Source: Hydrurus foetidus (lineage: Eukaryota). Taken from it: a DNA stretch of 64,000 nucleotides. The position numbers and the translations under genes are program-made. The stretch lies in the NCBI GenBank assembly GCA_900617105.1, contig UYFQ01000006.1, positions 372,001-436,000 of the forward strand, read 5' to 3'. Under the pieces are notes generated by a model, which worked only from the letters and a program-made list of their open reading frames with translations, did no database searches and was not told where the DNA came from. Below, piece by piece: positions 41,783 through 51,256 of this stretch; within the stretch, counting starts at the first letter, position 1; each line of letters starts with the position of its first letter.

Positions 41783-42574
41783 ATGGCAGAAAAAGCCAAG
41801 GCACGGCAGGCTGTGCTACTTATCACTGGAGGCGGGCGTGGCATAGGCGCGGCAACCGCTCGGCTGGCAGCACAGCGCGGCTATGCCGTTGCCGTCAACT
41901 ACACCCATAACGCCGTCACGGCTGAGCAGTTGGCAGCAGAAATCACCACCAGCGGCGGCAAAGCCATTGCGGTTCAGGCGGATGTGGCTGATGAAGCACA
42001 GGTGCTGCGCCTGTTCGCCACCGTGGACACCCAGTTAGGCCCGATCACCGCCTTAGTCAACAACGCCGGTGTGGTGGATATGGCCTGCCGGGTGGACGCG
42101 ATGAGCGTGGCACGTCTGCGCCGTATGTTTGACGTGAACGTGGTGGGCAGCTTTTTATGTGCCCGTGAAGCGGTCAAGCGCATGAGCACAGCCACTGGGG
42201 CGGTTAATTTTGGTTTGGGTTACGGCCAAGGTGGCGGTATCGTCAACCTGTCCAGTGCTGCAGCCCGACTGGGTTCTCCCGGCCAGTATGTGGACTACGC
42301 GGCCGCCAAAGGGGCCGTTGACAGCTTTACAGTGGGTCTTGCCAAAGAGGTAGCAGCGGAAGGCATCCGAGTGAATGCAGTGCGTCCCGGCTTGATTGAA
42401 ACAGACATTCACGCTTCAGGTGGCCTGCCCAACCGGGTCGCAGAGCTGGCCGCCATGGTGCCTATGCAGCGTGGCGGCAGTGCAGAGGAAGTCGCCCAGG
42501 CGATTCTGTGGCTGCTGAGCGCGCACGCCAGCTACACCACCGCCACGGTGCTGGACGTGACAGGCGGGCGCTGA
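41783..42574 (+). CDS. Short-chain dehydrogenase/reductase
   Basis: TGGGRGIG, NNAG, YAAAK. Confidence 0.92.
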   Translation: MAEKAKARQAVLLITGGGRGIGAATARLAAQRGYAVAVNYTHNAVTAEQLAAEITTSGGKAIAVQADVADEAQVLRLFATVDTQLGPITALVNNAGVVDMACRVDAMSVARLRRMFDVNVVGSFLCAREAVKRMSTATGAVNFGLGYGQGGGIVNLSSAAARLGSPGQYVDYAAAKGAVDSFTVGLAKEVAAEGIRVNAVRPGLIETDIHASGGLPNRVAELAAMVPMQRGGSAEEVAQAILWLLSAHASYTTATVLDVTGGR

Positions 42575-42575
42575 A

Positions 42576-43205
42576 ATGAGCATCGACTTCAAACCCCTCA
42601 TCAGCCTGCTGGTGGTCGTGAACCCCATCGCCTGCGTGCCGTTCTTCATCCACTACACCAAAGACCTCTCGGCCGCAGAGCGTGCCCGCACCATCCGCAT
42701 CACTGCTTTCAGCGCCTTTGTGGTGATTGCCGTATGCGCGCTGATGGGCATGAGCGTGCTGGAGTTCTTTGGCATCTCACTGGCCAGCTTTCAGGTAGGC
42801 GGCGGGCTGCTGCTGATGACCTCGGCGCTGGCGATGCTGAACGCCCAACCGGCGGAGGCCAAATCCAACGCCGATGAAATGCAAGATGCCGCCGCCCGTG
42901 CCAGCATCGCCGTAGTGCCTCTGGCTATACCACTGCTGACCGGCCCGGCCAGCATGTCAACGGTGGTGATCTACGCTGAAAAAGCCAAGACCTTCGCCCA
43001 AATGGGCACGTTGATTGGCTATGGCGTGGTGGTGGCGCTGGCCAGCTGGGCTTGCTTGTCAATGGCCCACCCGATTTCACGCCTGCTGGGTAAAACAGGC
43101 ATCAACGTGATGACGCGGCTGATGGGCTTGATCCTCACCGCGCTGGCCGTGGAGGTGATGGCCGATGGGCTACACACGTTGTTCCCAGCGCTAGGAAAAC
43201 CATAG
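42576..43205 (+). CDS. MarC family membrane protein
   Basis: VVNPI, AVVPLAIPLLTGP, TRLMGLIL. Confidence 0.9.
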   Translation: MSIDFKPLISLLVVVNPIACVPFFIHYTKDLSAAERARTIRITAFSAFVVIAVCALMGMSVLEFFGISLASFQVGGGLLLMTSALAMLNAQPAEAKSNADEMQDAAARASIAVVPLAIPLLTGPASMSTVVIYAEKAKTFAQMGTLIGYGVVVALASWACLSMAHPISRLLGKTGINVMTRLMGLILTALAVEVMADGLHTLFPALGKP

Positions 43206-43243
43206 CTACACTCGCATACCTGATCTGCTGAAAGCCTCTTTTT
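43190..43243 (-). repeat. 54-bp bipartite motif overlapping the marC stop
   Basis: AAAAAGAGGCTTTCA GC AGATCAGGTAT GC GAGTGTA GCTAT GGTTTTC CTAGC. Confidence 0.75.
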
Positions 43244-43266
43244 AACCTCTTAAAAACATCAAAACC

Positions 43267-44058
43267 ATGCCCCACAGCACCCCAGCCCTCGACAAACCCG
43301 AACTCAGCATCACCCAACACGGCCCCGTGCTGTGGCTGACCATCACCCGCGAAGAACGTCGCAATGCCATGAGCCACGGCGTGCTCGCGGGCATGGCGCA
43401 GGCCATCAGCACCGCGCAGACTGACCGCAACGTGCGCGCCATCGTCATCACCGGTGCGGGCACCAAGGCTTTTTGTGCGGGGGCAGATTTGCAATCAGCC
43501 AAGGCTTTCACCACCGATTACTCTGAGCCGGTGGGCCATTTGGCCGCGCTGCTGCGGGTGGCCAAGGCCAGCCATGTGCCGCTGATTGCGCGGGTCAACG
43601 GCGCGTGCATGGCCGGTGGCATGGGTTTGCTGAGCCTGTGTGACATGGCCGTCAGCGCCAGCCACGCGGTGTTTGGCCTGCCCGAGGTCAAGGTAGGGGT
43701 GTTCCCCGCGCAGGTGCTGAGCGTGTTGCAGCACCTCATCCCCCGGCGCAAACTGGCCGAGATGTGCCTAACGGGCGAGCCCATCACCAGTGCGCAGGCG
43801 CTGGAATACGGTTTGGTGAACTATGTGGACGACGACGTGGATGCCAAGCTGGAATGGCTGCTCAACCGCCTGCTGGACAAATCCCCGGCAGCCATCCGAC
43901 GTGGCCTGTACACCATGAAGAAGATCGAAAGCATGGCGTTTGAGGAGTCCATGTCGTTCACCGAAAGCCAAATCGCGCTGTTCACACTGACCGAAGATGC
44001 GAAAGAGGGGCAAAAAGCCTTCCAAGAAAAACGCAAACCGGTGTGGACGGGGCAATGA
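43267..44058 (+). CDS. Enoyl-CoA hydratase/isomerase family
   Basis: AFCAGADL, ACMAGG, FGLPEVKVG, AFQEKRKP. Confidence 0.92.
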   Translation: MPHSTPALDKPELSITQHGPVLWLTITREERRNAMSHGVLAGMAQAISTAQTDRNVRAIVITGAGTKAFCAGADLQSAKAFTTDYSEPVGHLAALLRVAKASHVPLIARVNGACMAGGMGLLSLCDMAVSASHAVFGLPEVKVGVFPAQVLSVLQHLIPRRKLAEMCLTGEPITSAQALEYGLVNYVDDDVDAKLEWLLNRLLDKSPAAIRRGLYTMKKIESMAFEESMSFTESQIALFTLTEDAKEGQKAFQEKRKPVWTGQ

Positions 44059-45938
44059 GCGCCATGAAGACCATGAACAACCCCACCAAAGTCATCCGAA
44101 TCGGCGGTGCCTCGGGCTTCTGGGGTGACAGCGCCGTCGCCGCACCCCAACTCGTGAAGCTCGGCAACTTGGATTACATCGTCTTCGACTACCTCGCCGA
44201 ACTCACGATGTCCCTGCTCGCCGCCGCACGCGCCAAAAATCCGGCCCTCGGCTACGCCACCGATTTCGTCACCGTGACGATGAGAAGCATCCTGCAAGAG
44301 GTGGTAGCGCAAAACATCCGCGTCATCAGCAACGCGGGCGGCGTGAACCCCCACGCCTGCGCCCAAGCGATAACAGCCCTGGCGGCAGAACTGGGCCTGA
44401 GCGTCAAAATCGCCGTGGTGCTGGGCGACGACGTGATGCCGCTGCTGCCCGCACTGCGCGATGAAAACATCGCCGAATTGCAAAGCGGTACCACCCTGCC
44501 CGCCAAAGTGCTGACCGCCAACGCCTACCTCGGTGCCCTGCCCGTCAAAGCCGCGCTGGACGCGGGTGCGCAAATCGTCATCACCGGGCGCTGCGTGGAC
44601 AGCGCCGTCACACTGGGTGCCTTGATGCATGAGTTTGGCTGGGCCACCGATGATTACGACCGGCTGGCCCAGGCCAGCCTCGCCGGGCACATCATCGAAT
44701 GCGGCTGCCAAGCCACCGGCGGCCTGCACACCGATTGGCAAGACGTACCCGACTGGCCCAACATCGGCTACCCCCTCATCGAATGCCACGCCGACGGCCA
44801 TTTCATCGCTACCAAGCCCCCTGGCACCGGCGGGCTGGTGAACACTGCCGTCATCGCGGAGCAAATGCTGTACGAGATTGGCGACCCAGCCAACTACCTG
44901 CTGCCGGATGTGGTGTGCGATTTCACGCAGGTCAATTTGCTACAAATAGCAGAGCACAGAGTGCGTGTCAGTGGTGCGGTAGGCAAGGCACCGAGTGCTT
45001 TTTACAAAGTCTGCGCCACCTTCATGGACGGCTTTCGTTGTAACGCGCAACTGACCATCGTAGGCACCGATGCCGCGCTGAAAGCCCGCCGCACGGGTGA
45101 GGCCATCTTGGCCCGCACCCGCACGATGTTCAATGCCCTGGGCTTGGCCGACTACAGCCGCACCGCGATCGAGATCATCGGCGACGAATCCACCAATTTC
45201 GGCCCCCACGCCCAAACGGCCCACGTGCGAGAAGTCATCCTGCGAGTGGCCGTGATGCACCCGCAAAAAGCCGCACTAGAGCTGTTCGCCCGCGAAATTG
45301 CCCCTGCAGGCACCAGCTGGTCGCCCGGTACCACAGGTGCAGGCGGTGGCCGCAGCAGCCCCAGCCCATGCATCCAACAGTTCGCCTTCTTATTAGAAAA
45401 ACACCGCCTGGCCCCCAGCATCCATATGGGCGACAGCAGCTGGCAAGTCGCCGTTCAAGACGCCCCCATTCACAGCGATGGCCCAGCCAAAGTGGGGTCA
45501 GATCCCAATTCCGCGCTATCAGGTCATGAACGGCATCACAAGTCCACGGATTTGGGCTCTGACCCCAGTTTGGCGGAACCAGGAACCACAGTCCCCGAAT
45601 CCGACACCACCACCACCGTCCCCCTCATCCACCTCGCCTACGCCCGCAGCGGCGACAAAGGCAACACCAGCAACATCGGCATCATCGCCCGCCGCCCCGA
45701 GTACCTGCCCCTGCTGCGCGCCCAGCTCACCCCCGAGCGCGTCAAAGCCTACCTCGCCCACCTGGTCAAGGGCCAAGTCACCCGTTACGAAGTCCCCGGC
45801 ATCCACGCCTTTAACTTTGTCTGCACGCAAGCTCTGGACGGCGGTGGCATGGCCAGTCTGCGAAATGACCCTTTAGGAAAGGGAATGGGGCAAATATTGC
45901 TCACAATACCCGTAACAACAACGCTCAATTTGTCATAA
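44055..45938 (+). CDS. AtuA-like (acyclic terpene utilisation, DUF1446) protein
   Basis: IGGASGFWGD, DYLAELTM, GHIIECG, EQMLYEI, ARSGDKG. Confidence 0.88.
   Translation: MSAMKTMNNPTKVIRIGGASGFWGDSAVAAPQLVKLGNLDYIVFDYLAELTMSLLAAARAKNPALGYATDFVTVTMRSILQEVVAQNIRVISNAGGVNPHACAQAITALAAELGLSVKIAVVLGDDVMPLLPALRDENIAELQSGTTLPAKVLTANAYLGALPVKAALDAGAQIVITGRCVDSAVTLGALMHEFGWATDDYDRLAQASLAGHIIECGCQATGGLHTDWQDVPDWPNIGYPLIECHADGHFIATKPPGTGGLVNTAVIAEQMLYEIGDPANYLLPDVVCDFTQVNLLQIAEHRVRVSGAVGKAPSAFYKVCATFMDGFRCNAQLTIVGTDAALKARRTGEAILARTRTMFNALGLADYSRTAIEIIGDESTNFGPHAQTAHVREVILRVAVMHPQKAALELFAREIAPAGTSWSPGTTGAGGGRSSPSPCIQQFAFLLEKHRLAPSIHMGDSSWQVAVQDAPIHSDGPAKVGSDPNSALSGHERHHKSTDLGSDPSLAEPGTTVPESDTTTTVPLIHLAYARSGDKGNTSNIGIIARRPEYLPLLRAQLTPERVKAYLAHLVKGQVTRYEVPGIHAFNFVCTQALDGGGMASLRNDPLGKGMGQILLTIPVTTTLNLS
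45486..45574. repeat. REP-doublet-like inverted repeat inside atuA
   Basis: Arms GCCAAAGTGGGGTCAGATCCCAATTCCG / CGGATTTGGGCTCTGACCCCAGTTTGGC (28 bp, 3 mismatches); translated as GSDP...LGSDP. Confidence 0.75.
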
Positions 45939-46008
45939 ACAGTAACAAGTTTGTTAGTATGGGTAACAAAAGTGAAACCTCTTTCGCCTGTAACTGCTTT
46001 TTGCCCCC

Positions 46009-47724
46009 ATGTTTTCTTCGTTTTCACTTCGCCAATGGCTGACGCTGCCCTACATTGCCCTGGTTCTGGTGGTCGCTGTCGTCATTGGTACCTTGTCGTA
46101 CCGCACCGGCAGCGACGCGGTGGACACCTTGTCCAACAACCTGTTGCTAGAAACCGTTCACCGCATTGAACAAACCATTGACCGACACCTGATGGGAAGT
46201 GCTGCGGTGCTGGAATCGGCCTTCCCCGCAGGTCTGCCCGCCCCCGACCGGATTGAGGATGGCATGGATGCCCTGCGCGCACGGATGTGGGCTGCCACAT
46301 CATTGCACCGTGACCCCAACAATTACATCTACTACGGCAACGCAACCGGCCAAACGCTGGGGGTCTTTCGCCACGATGCAGAGCACGCTGAGATTCGCTT
46401 TCGTAACGGGCCACTGGCCCCCGGCATGGTCTACCCTTTGGATGCCATAGACCAGCCCTTGCCACCGCCGGTAAACCGCTTTAAACCGATGGATCCGCGC
46501 CAGCGCCCCTGGTACCAAGCTGCGTTGACAGCCAAAACAGCGGTATGGACATCGGTCTACATCGACTTCAACACCTTGGATTTGGTCGTCACCCGCGCCA
46601 AACGTGTCACTAACAGCCAAGGGCTGCTGCAAGGCGTGGTGGGCACCGATGTGGCGCTCCATGCACTGAATGATTTCGTGCGCACCCTCCAGGTCAGCCC
46701 CAACGGCATGGCGTTTGTGATGGAGCCTGATGGAAAATTGATAGCGTCCTCACGCACGGCCAATGTGCGCACACTGACTGATAGCACCAAAGTGCGCGTC
46801 CATGCGGCAGATGCTGGCGATGAACTCCAAGCCTTGGCCTACGCCTGCGTGCTGGCTACAGTGAAAGACGGTGTCGACCTCAAACAAGCGGTGTCCAAAC
46901 GCATCACAGGCCCGGACGGCAGCGTCGTGCAACTGGCCTTCAGCCGCATGAGCGATGATTCTGGCCTCGATTGGCTGGCCGTGGTGGCCGTGCCACGCAG
47001 CGACTTCATGCAAGGCATCAACGGCAACGTGATGCGCACCGTTGCGATTGGTATTTTTGCCGCGTTAGCCGCCATGGGCGTAGGCATGTTGATTCTGAAC
47101 TGGTTGAGCGCTGACCTGCTCAAACTCACCGACGCGGCCAAGCGCGTGGGTGAAGGTGAAATGGACGATGTGGTCAGCGTGTACGGCCACGGCGGTATTG
47201 CCACGCTGGCCCATGCGTTCAGCGAAATGCAGGTTCGCCTGCGCACCGATGCCCTCACCGGCCTGAACAACCGCGACATGATCGTTCGCAGCATCAACGA
47301 CCGCATCCAGCGTGCCCGCCGCAGCCACGACCAGCGCCCCTTTGCGCTGCTGTTCATTGATCTGAACAAATTCAAACGCATCAACGACACCCTGGGCCAC
47401 GATGCAGGAGACAAAGTGCTGATCGAAACAGGCCGCCGCCTGCTGACCGCCACCCGCACCGGCGACACCGTAGCCCGCTACGCCGGGGACGAATTTGTGG
47501 TGCTGCTGGACAACGTGGCTGACGCTCAGGTGGCCGAAAAGCTGCGCGAACAGGTCGAAAAAAACCTGCGCGAACCGCTGACCACGGTGGACTTGAGCGC
47601 ACTGGAAGGGGAGTTCTTAGGCGGCGCTGTGGGGTTGGCTTGCTACCCTGGCCCTGCCGAAAACGCCGAGGATTTGGTGCGTCTGGCGGACGAGGATATG
47701 TACCGGCGCAAGACAGCAAATTAA
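46009..47724 (+). CDS. Diguanylate cyclase with Cache sensor and HAMP
   Basis: DPRQRPWY Cache motif, TDALTGLNNR, FKRINDTLGHDAGD, RTGD I-site, AGDEF. Confidence 0.88.
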   Translation: MFSSFSLRQWLTLPYIALVLVVAVVIGTLSYRTGSDAVDTLSNNLLLETVHRIEQTIDRHLMGSAAVLESAFPAGLPAPDRIEDGMDALRARMWAATSLHRDPNNYIYYGNATGQTLGVFRHDAEHAEIRFRNGPLAPGMVYPLDAIDQPLPPPVNRFKPMDPRQRPWYQAALTAKTAVWTSVYIDFNTLDLVVTRAKRVTNSQGLLQGVVGTDVALHALNDFVRTLQVSPNGMAFVMEPDGKLIASSRTANVRTLTDSTKVRVHAADAGDELQALAYACVLATVKDGVDLKQAVSKRITGPDGSVVQLAFSRMSDDSGLDWLAVVAVPRSDFMQGINGNVMRTVAIGIFAALAAMGVGMLILNWLSADLLKLTDAAKRVGEGEMDDVVSVYGHGGIATLAHAFSEMQVRLRTDALTGLNNRDMIVRSINDRIQRARRSHDQRPFALLFIDLNKFKRINDTLGHDAGDKVLIETGRRLLTATRTGDTVARYAGDEFVVLLDNVADAQVAEKLREQVEKNLREPLTTVDLSALEGEFLGGAVGLACYPGPAENAEDLVRLADEDMYRRKTAN

Positions 47725-47775
47725 TCAAATTCAATAGCACTCTACGCCTATTATTCAAGCGTAAATGGCCATTTT
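47722..47775 (-). repeat. 54-bp bipartite motif overlapping the DGC stop
   Basis: AAAATGGCCATTTAC GC TTGAATAATAG GC GTAGAGT GCTAT TGAATTT GATTA. Confidence 0.75.
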
Positions 47776-47788
47776 GGCAGTGCAAAAA

Positions 47789-48751
47789 CTAACCCTCCAC
47801 CGCAAACCCACCCGCCAGAGCCCCCCGCAAGTGATCGACCAAGCACTGCACCGCCCGTGGCACCTGTGCAGCCCAGGGTCGGATGGCATACAGGCGCTCG
47901 CCAAAAAAGCCTTGGGGTTGCCAGTCGGGCAGCACCGGCACCCAGCGGCCCGCTTGAAAGCCCGTGACTGCGGTGAAGTCAGGCAGCAAGCCAATCCCCA
48001 CACCGCCTGACACTGCCTCGCGCAGCACCTCGCTGTTGTTCGCCCGCAGCGGGCCGTGGACGGCGACGATGACGCGCTCAGGAACCGCGCGGCCCCCGTC
48101 AGACAAGTCAGCTGAACGCCGCACGAACGACCAGTTCTGCCCCGGCGTGTCACGCAAATACAGCAAGCAATCGTGCGCCGCCAAATCGCTGGGGTGCGTG
48201 GGCGTGCCTTTGCGGGCGAGGTAGTCAGGACTCGCGACCAGCACCGAGCGGGTTTCACACAGCACCCACGCCACATGGGTGTCGGGTGGGGCTTGGGTGT
48301 GGCGAATGGCCAAATCGAAGCCCTCTTGGGCCAAGTTGACGAAGCGGTCTGATAAATCCAGCTCTAAGCGAATCTCCGGGTGTTGGCGGAGAAATGCCGC
48401 CAACGTGGGGGCGATGTGCTGGCGGCCCAGCGCCACGGGGGCGGTGACGCGCACCAACCCGCGCGGCTGCCCTGCCAGATCGCGGGCGTTGGCAAAGCTC
48501 TGTGCGATGTGGGTGAAGGCGGCTTGGGTGTCGTCCACCAGCTGCTGACCCGCGTCTGTCAGGCCCACCGAGCGCGTGGTACGGCGCACCAGCGGTACAC
48601 CGGCAGCACGCTCTAAATCGGCAATGCGCATGCTGACCGAGGCTTTGGAAACACCCAAGCGCCGCGCGGCTTGGGTATAGCTGCGGGTTTGGGCCAGCAC
48701 GGTGAGCAGGTGCAGGTCAGCGAAGGCGGGCGTGGCGGCGGAGGATGTCAT
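47789..48751 (-). CDS. LysR-type regulator divergent from mmsA
   Basis: RSYTQAARRLGVSKASVSMRIADLE HTH. Confidence 0.9.
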   Translation of the reverse strand: MTSSAATPAFADLHLLTVLAQTRSYTQAARRLGVSKASVSMRIADLERAAGVPLVRRTTRSVGLTDAGQQLVDDTQAAFTHIAQSFANARDLAGQPRGLVRVTAPVALGRQHIAPTLAAFLRQHPEIRLELDLSDRFVNLAQEGFDLAIRHTQAPPDTHVAWVLCETRSVLVASPDYLARKGTPTHPSDLAAHDCLLYLRDTPGQNWSFVRRSADLSDGGRAVPERVIVAVHGPLRANNSEVLREAVSGGVGIGLLPDFTAVTGFQAGRWVPVLPDWQPQGFFGERLYAIRPWAAQVPRAVQCLVDHLRGALAGGFAVEG

Positions 48752-48789
48752 GGGTTGAGGCACTCATTGTTCGTCTTATTATTTGTCTT

Positions 48790-48811
48790 ATTGTTCAATT
48801 ATTCGAACAAT
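48790..48811. promoter_or_regulatory. Putative regulator box in the divergent promoter
   Basis: ATTGTTC-N8-GAACAAT inverted repeat in the AT-rich LysR/mmsA spacer. Confidence 0.5.
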
Positions 48812-48899
48812 GTAATCAAAAATATGCTGTTTTCAAAACGCCTCGCGAAGCCTAGACTGCGGTCACGTTGTTTTCCTTTGCATCCTTTGAAAGAACCCT

Positions 48900-50435
48900 A
48901 TGACTGCACCAGCTACCGTCTCCACCTCTGTCCCCTCTATCGCCCATTGGGTGAATGGCCGCAGCGCTGCGGGCATGTCAGGCCGCGCACAAGACGTGTT
49001 CAACCCGGCAACGGGTGCCGTCACGGGGCAGGTGGCGTTAGGCAGTGCCGATGAGGTGAACGCAGCGGTGGCCGCAGCGGTGGCCGCCTTCCCGGCCTGG
49101 GCCGATGTCCCACCGATTCGCCGAGCACGGGTGATGTTCAAGTTTCTGGAGTTGCTCAACCTTAACCGTGACGCGCTGGCACACGCCATCACCGCTGAGC
49201 ACGGCAAAGTGTTCACCGACGCGCAGGGTGAAGTGTCTCGCGGTATCGACGTGGTGGAGTTTGCTTGCGGCATTCCGCAGTTGCTCAAAGGCGATTTCAC
49301 CGATCAGGTCAGCACCGGTATCGACAATTGGACACTGCGCCAGCCGCTGGGTGTGGTGGCGGGTGTGACACCGTTCAACTTCCCGGTGATGGTGCCGATG
49401 TGGATGTTTCCGGTGGCCATCGCCGCAGGCAACACCTTCGTGCTGAAGCCCAGCCCGCTTGACCCCAGTGCCTCGCTGATGATGGCTGATTTGCTGAAAC
49501 AAGCCGGTCTGCCCGATGGCGTGTTCAACGTGGTGCAGGGCGACAAAGTGGCGGTGGACGCGCTGCTGACGCACCCGGACGTGAAAGCCATGTCCTTCGT
49601 CGGCAGCACCCCCATTGCCAATTACATCTACGAGACCGGCGCTCACCACGGCAAGCGCGTGCAAGCCTTGGGCGGTGCAAAAAACCACATGGTGGTGATG
49701 CCCGATGCCGATATCGACCAAACCGTGGACGCGCTGATCGGCTCCGCTTTCGGTTCAGCCGGTGAGCGCTGCATGGCGATCAGCGTGGCGGTGTTTGTGG
49801 GTGACGCGGCAGACAAAATCATGCCCAAGCTGATCGCACGCACCAAGACACTGCAAGTGCTGGACGGCGAAAACCTGGCCGCAGAGATGGGGCCTATCGT
49901 CACGGATATCGCTTTGAAACGCATCACCGGCTACATCGAACAAGGCGTGAAAGAGGGCGCTGAGCTGATGGTGGATGGCCGTGGCTTCAACGGCGCAGCA
50001 GCGGGTGCGGGCTGCGACAACGGGTTTTGGATGGGTGGCACGCTGTTCGATCACGTCACCCCAGATATGCGTATCTACAAAGAAGAGATTTTTGGCCCCG
50101 TGCTGTCGTGTGTGCGGGTGAAAGACTTTGCCGCAGCCGTCGATTTGGTCAACAGCCATGAGTTCGGCAACGGCGTGAGCTGCTTCACCCGCGACGGCAA
50201 CGTCGCCCGCGAATTCAGCCGCCGCATTCAGGTGGGCATGGTGGGCATCAACGTGCCCATTCCTGTGCCGATGGCGTGGCATGGTTTTGGCGGCTGGAAG
50301 AAAAGCCTGTTTGGCGATATGCACGCCTACGGCGAAGAGGGTGTGCGCTTTTACACCAAGCAAAAGAGCGTGATGCAGCGCTGGCCCGAGAGTATTGGCA
50401 AGGGAGCGGAATTTGTGATGCCTACGGCGAAATGA
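48900..50435 (+). CDS. mmsA: CoA-acylating (methyl)malonate-semialdehyde dehydrogenase
   Basis: [42 protein letters not shown]. Confidence 0.93.
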   Translation: MTAPATVSTSVPSIAHWVNGRSAAGMSGRAQDVFNPATGAVTGQVALGSADEVNAAVAAAVAAFPAWADVPPIRRARVMFKFLELLNLNRDALAHAITAEHGKVFTDAQGEVSRGIDVVEFACGIPQLLKGDFTDQVSTGIDNWTLRQPLGVVAGVTPFNFPVMVPMWMFPVAIAAGNTFVLKPSPLDPSASLMMADLLKQAGLPDGVFNVVQGDKVAVDALLTHPDVKAMSFVGSTPIANYIYETGAHHGKRVQALGGAKNHMVVMPDADIDQTVDALIGSAFGSAGERCMAISVAVFVGDAADKIMPKLIARTKTLQVLDGENLAAEMGPIVTDIALKRITGYIEQGVKEGAELMVDGRGFNGAAAGAGCDNGFWMGGTLFDHVTPDMRIYKEEIFGPVLSCVRVKDFAAAVDLVNSHEFGNGVSCFTRDGNVAREFSRRIQVGMVGINVPIPVPMAWHGFGGWKKSLFGDMHAYGEEGVRFYTKQKSVMQRWPESIGKGAEFVMPTAK

Positions 50436-50480
50436 AGTGCGCAGTAAGGACACTGTAAGAGGCCATCCATAGACTTGCGA

Positions 50481-50508
50481 ATCAAATGATATCGCGATAT
50501 CATTTGAT
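50481..50508. promoter_or_regulatory. Perfect 28-bp palindrome, likely TA operator
   Basis: ATCAAATGATATCGCGATATCATTTGAT, 20 nt upstream of the antitoxin ATG. Confidence 0.7.
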
Positions 50509-50528
50509 CTTCTTCTGGAGGTATCACC

Positions 50529-50825
50529 ATGAGCACACTCATCATTCGGAACTTGAACGACCAGCTGGCCAGCCAGCTGAAAACCGAGTCCAAAAAACGC
50601 GGCTTGAGCGTCAACCGCTACCTGCATCACATTGTTGAGCGGGCACTTCGCCCGGCACTGCCCGCAGAGGCGGTGGGCGCAACGCAAGTTGAGGATGCAA
50701 CGGCACGCCTGCCGAGGCGCAACACCTTGGGGCGCTTGGCCGGGACATGGACACAAGCCGATTACGAAGAATTTAACCGCAATACCCAGCATTTTTCTGA
50801 GATTGATGCCAAGGTATGGCAATGA
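50529..50825 (+). CDS. FitA-like ribbon-helix-helix antitoxin
   Basis: MSTLIIRNLND...LKTESKKRGLSVN; overlaps the PIN gene. Confidence 0.78.
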   Translation: MSTLIIRNLNDQLASQLKTESKKRGLSVNRYLHHIVERALRPALPAEAVGATQVEDATARLPRRNTLGRLAGTWTQADYEEFNRNTQHFSEIDAKVWQ

Positions 50826-51256
50826 CCGCGTTGTGCCTGGACACCAACACCTACAGTGACTTTGCACGCGGCTCCGCCATTGCCATTGAGATGCTAGAAG
50901 CAGCAGACCACATCTGGATGCCCGCAGTGGTGCTGGGCGAATTAAGAGCTGGATTTCTGAAGGGCAGCCGAGGAGCCGCCAATGAATTCGCACTCGCGCA
51001 GTTTTTAGCTGAAACCAATGTCACCGTGGTGCCCATCAGCGCCACCACCAGCCACCACTACGCTGGCGTGGTGGAACAACTCCGCAGCCAAGGCACGCCC
51101 ATCCCGACCAATGACATTTGGATTGCGGCTTGTGCCCTGGAGCAGGGCTGCCCACTGTTCAGCTACGACCGGCACTTTGCACAAGTGACAGGCCTCACGG
51201 TCTTCGCGACACCTGCGCAATGGCTTCACCACCTCACACAGAAACCACCACAGTGA
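50822..51256 (+). CDS. VapC-like PIN-domain toxin
   Basis: LDTN, VLGEL, IPTNDIWIAA, SYDRHF. Confidence 0.9.
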   Translation: MTALCLDTNTYSDFARGSAIAIEMLEAADHIWMPAVVLGELRAGFLKGSRGAANEFALAQFLAETNVTVVPISATTSHHYAGVVEQLRSQGTPIPTNDIWIAACALEQGCPLFSYDRHFAQVTGLTVFATPAQWLHHLTQKPPQ

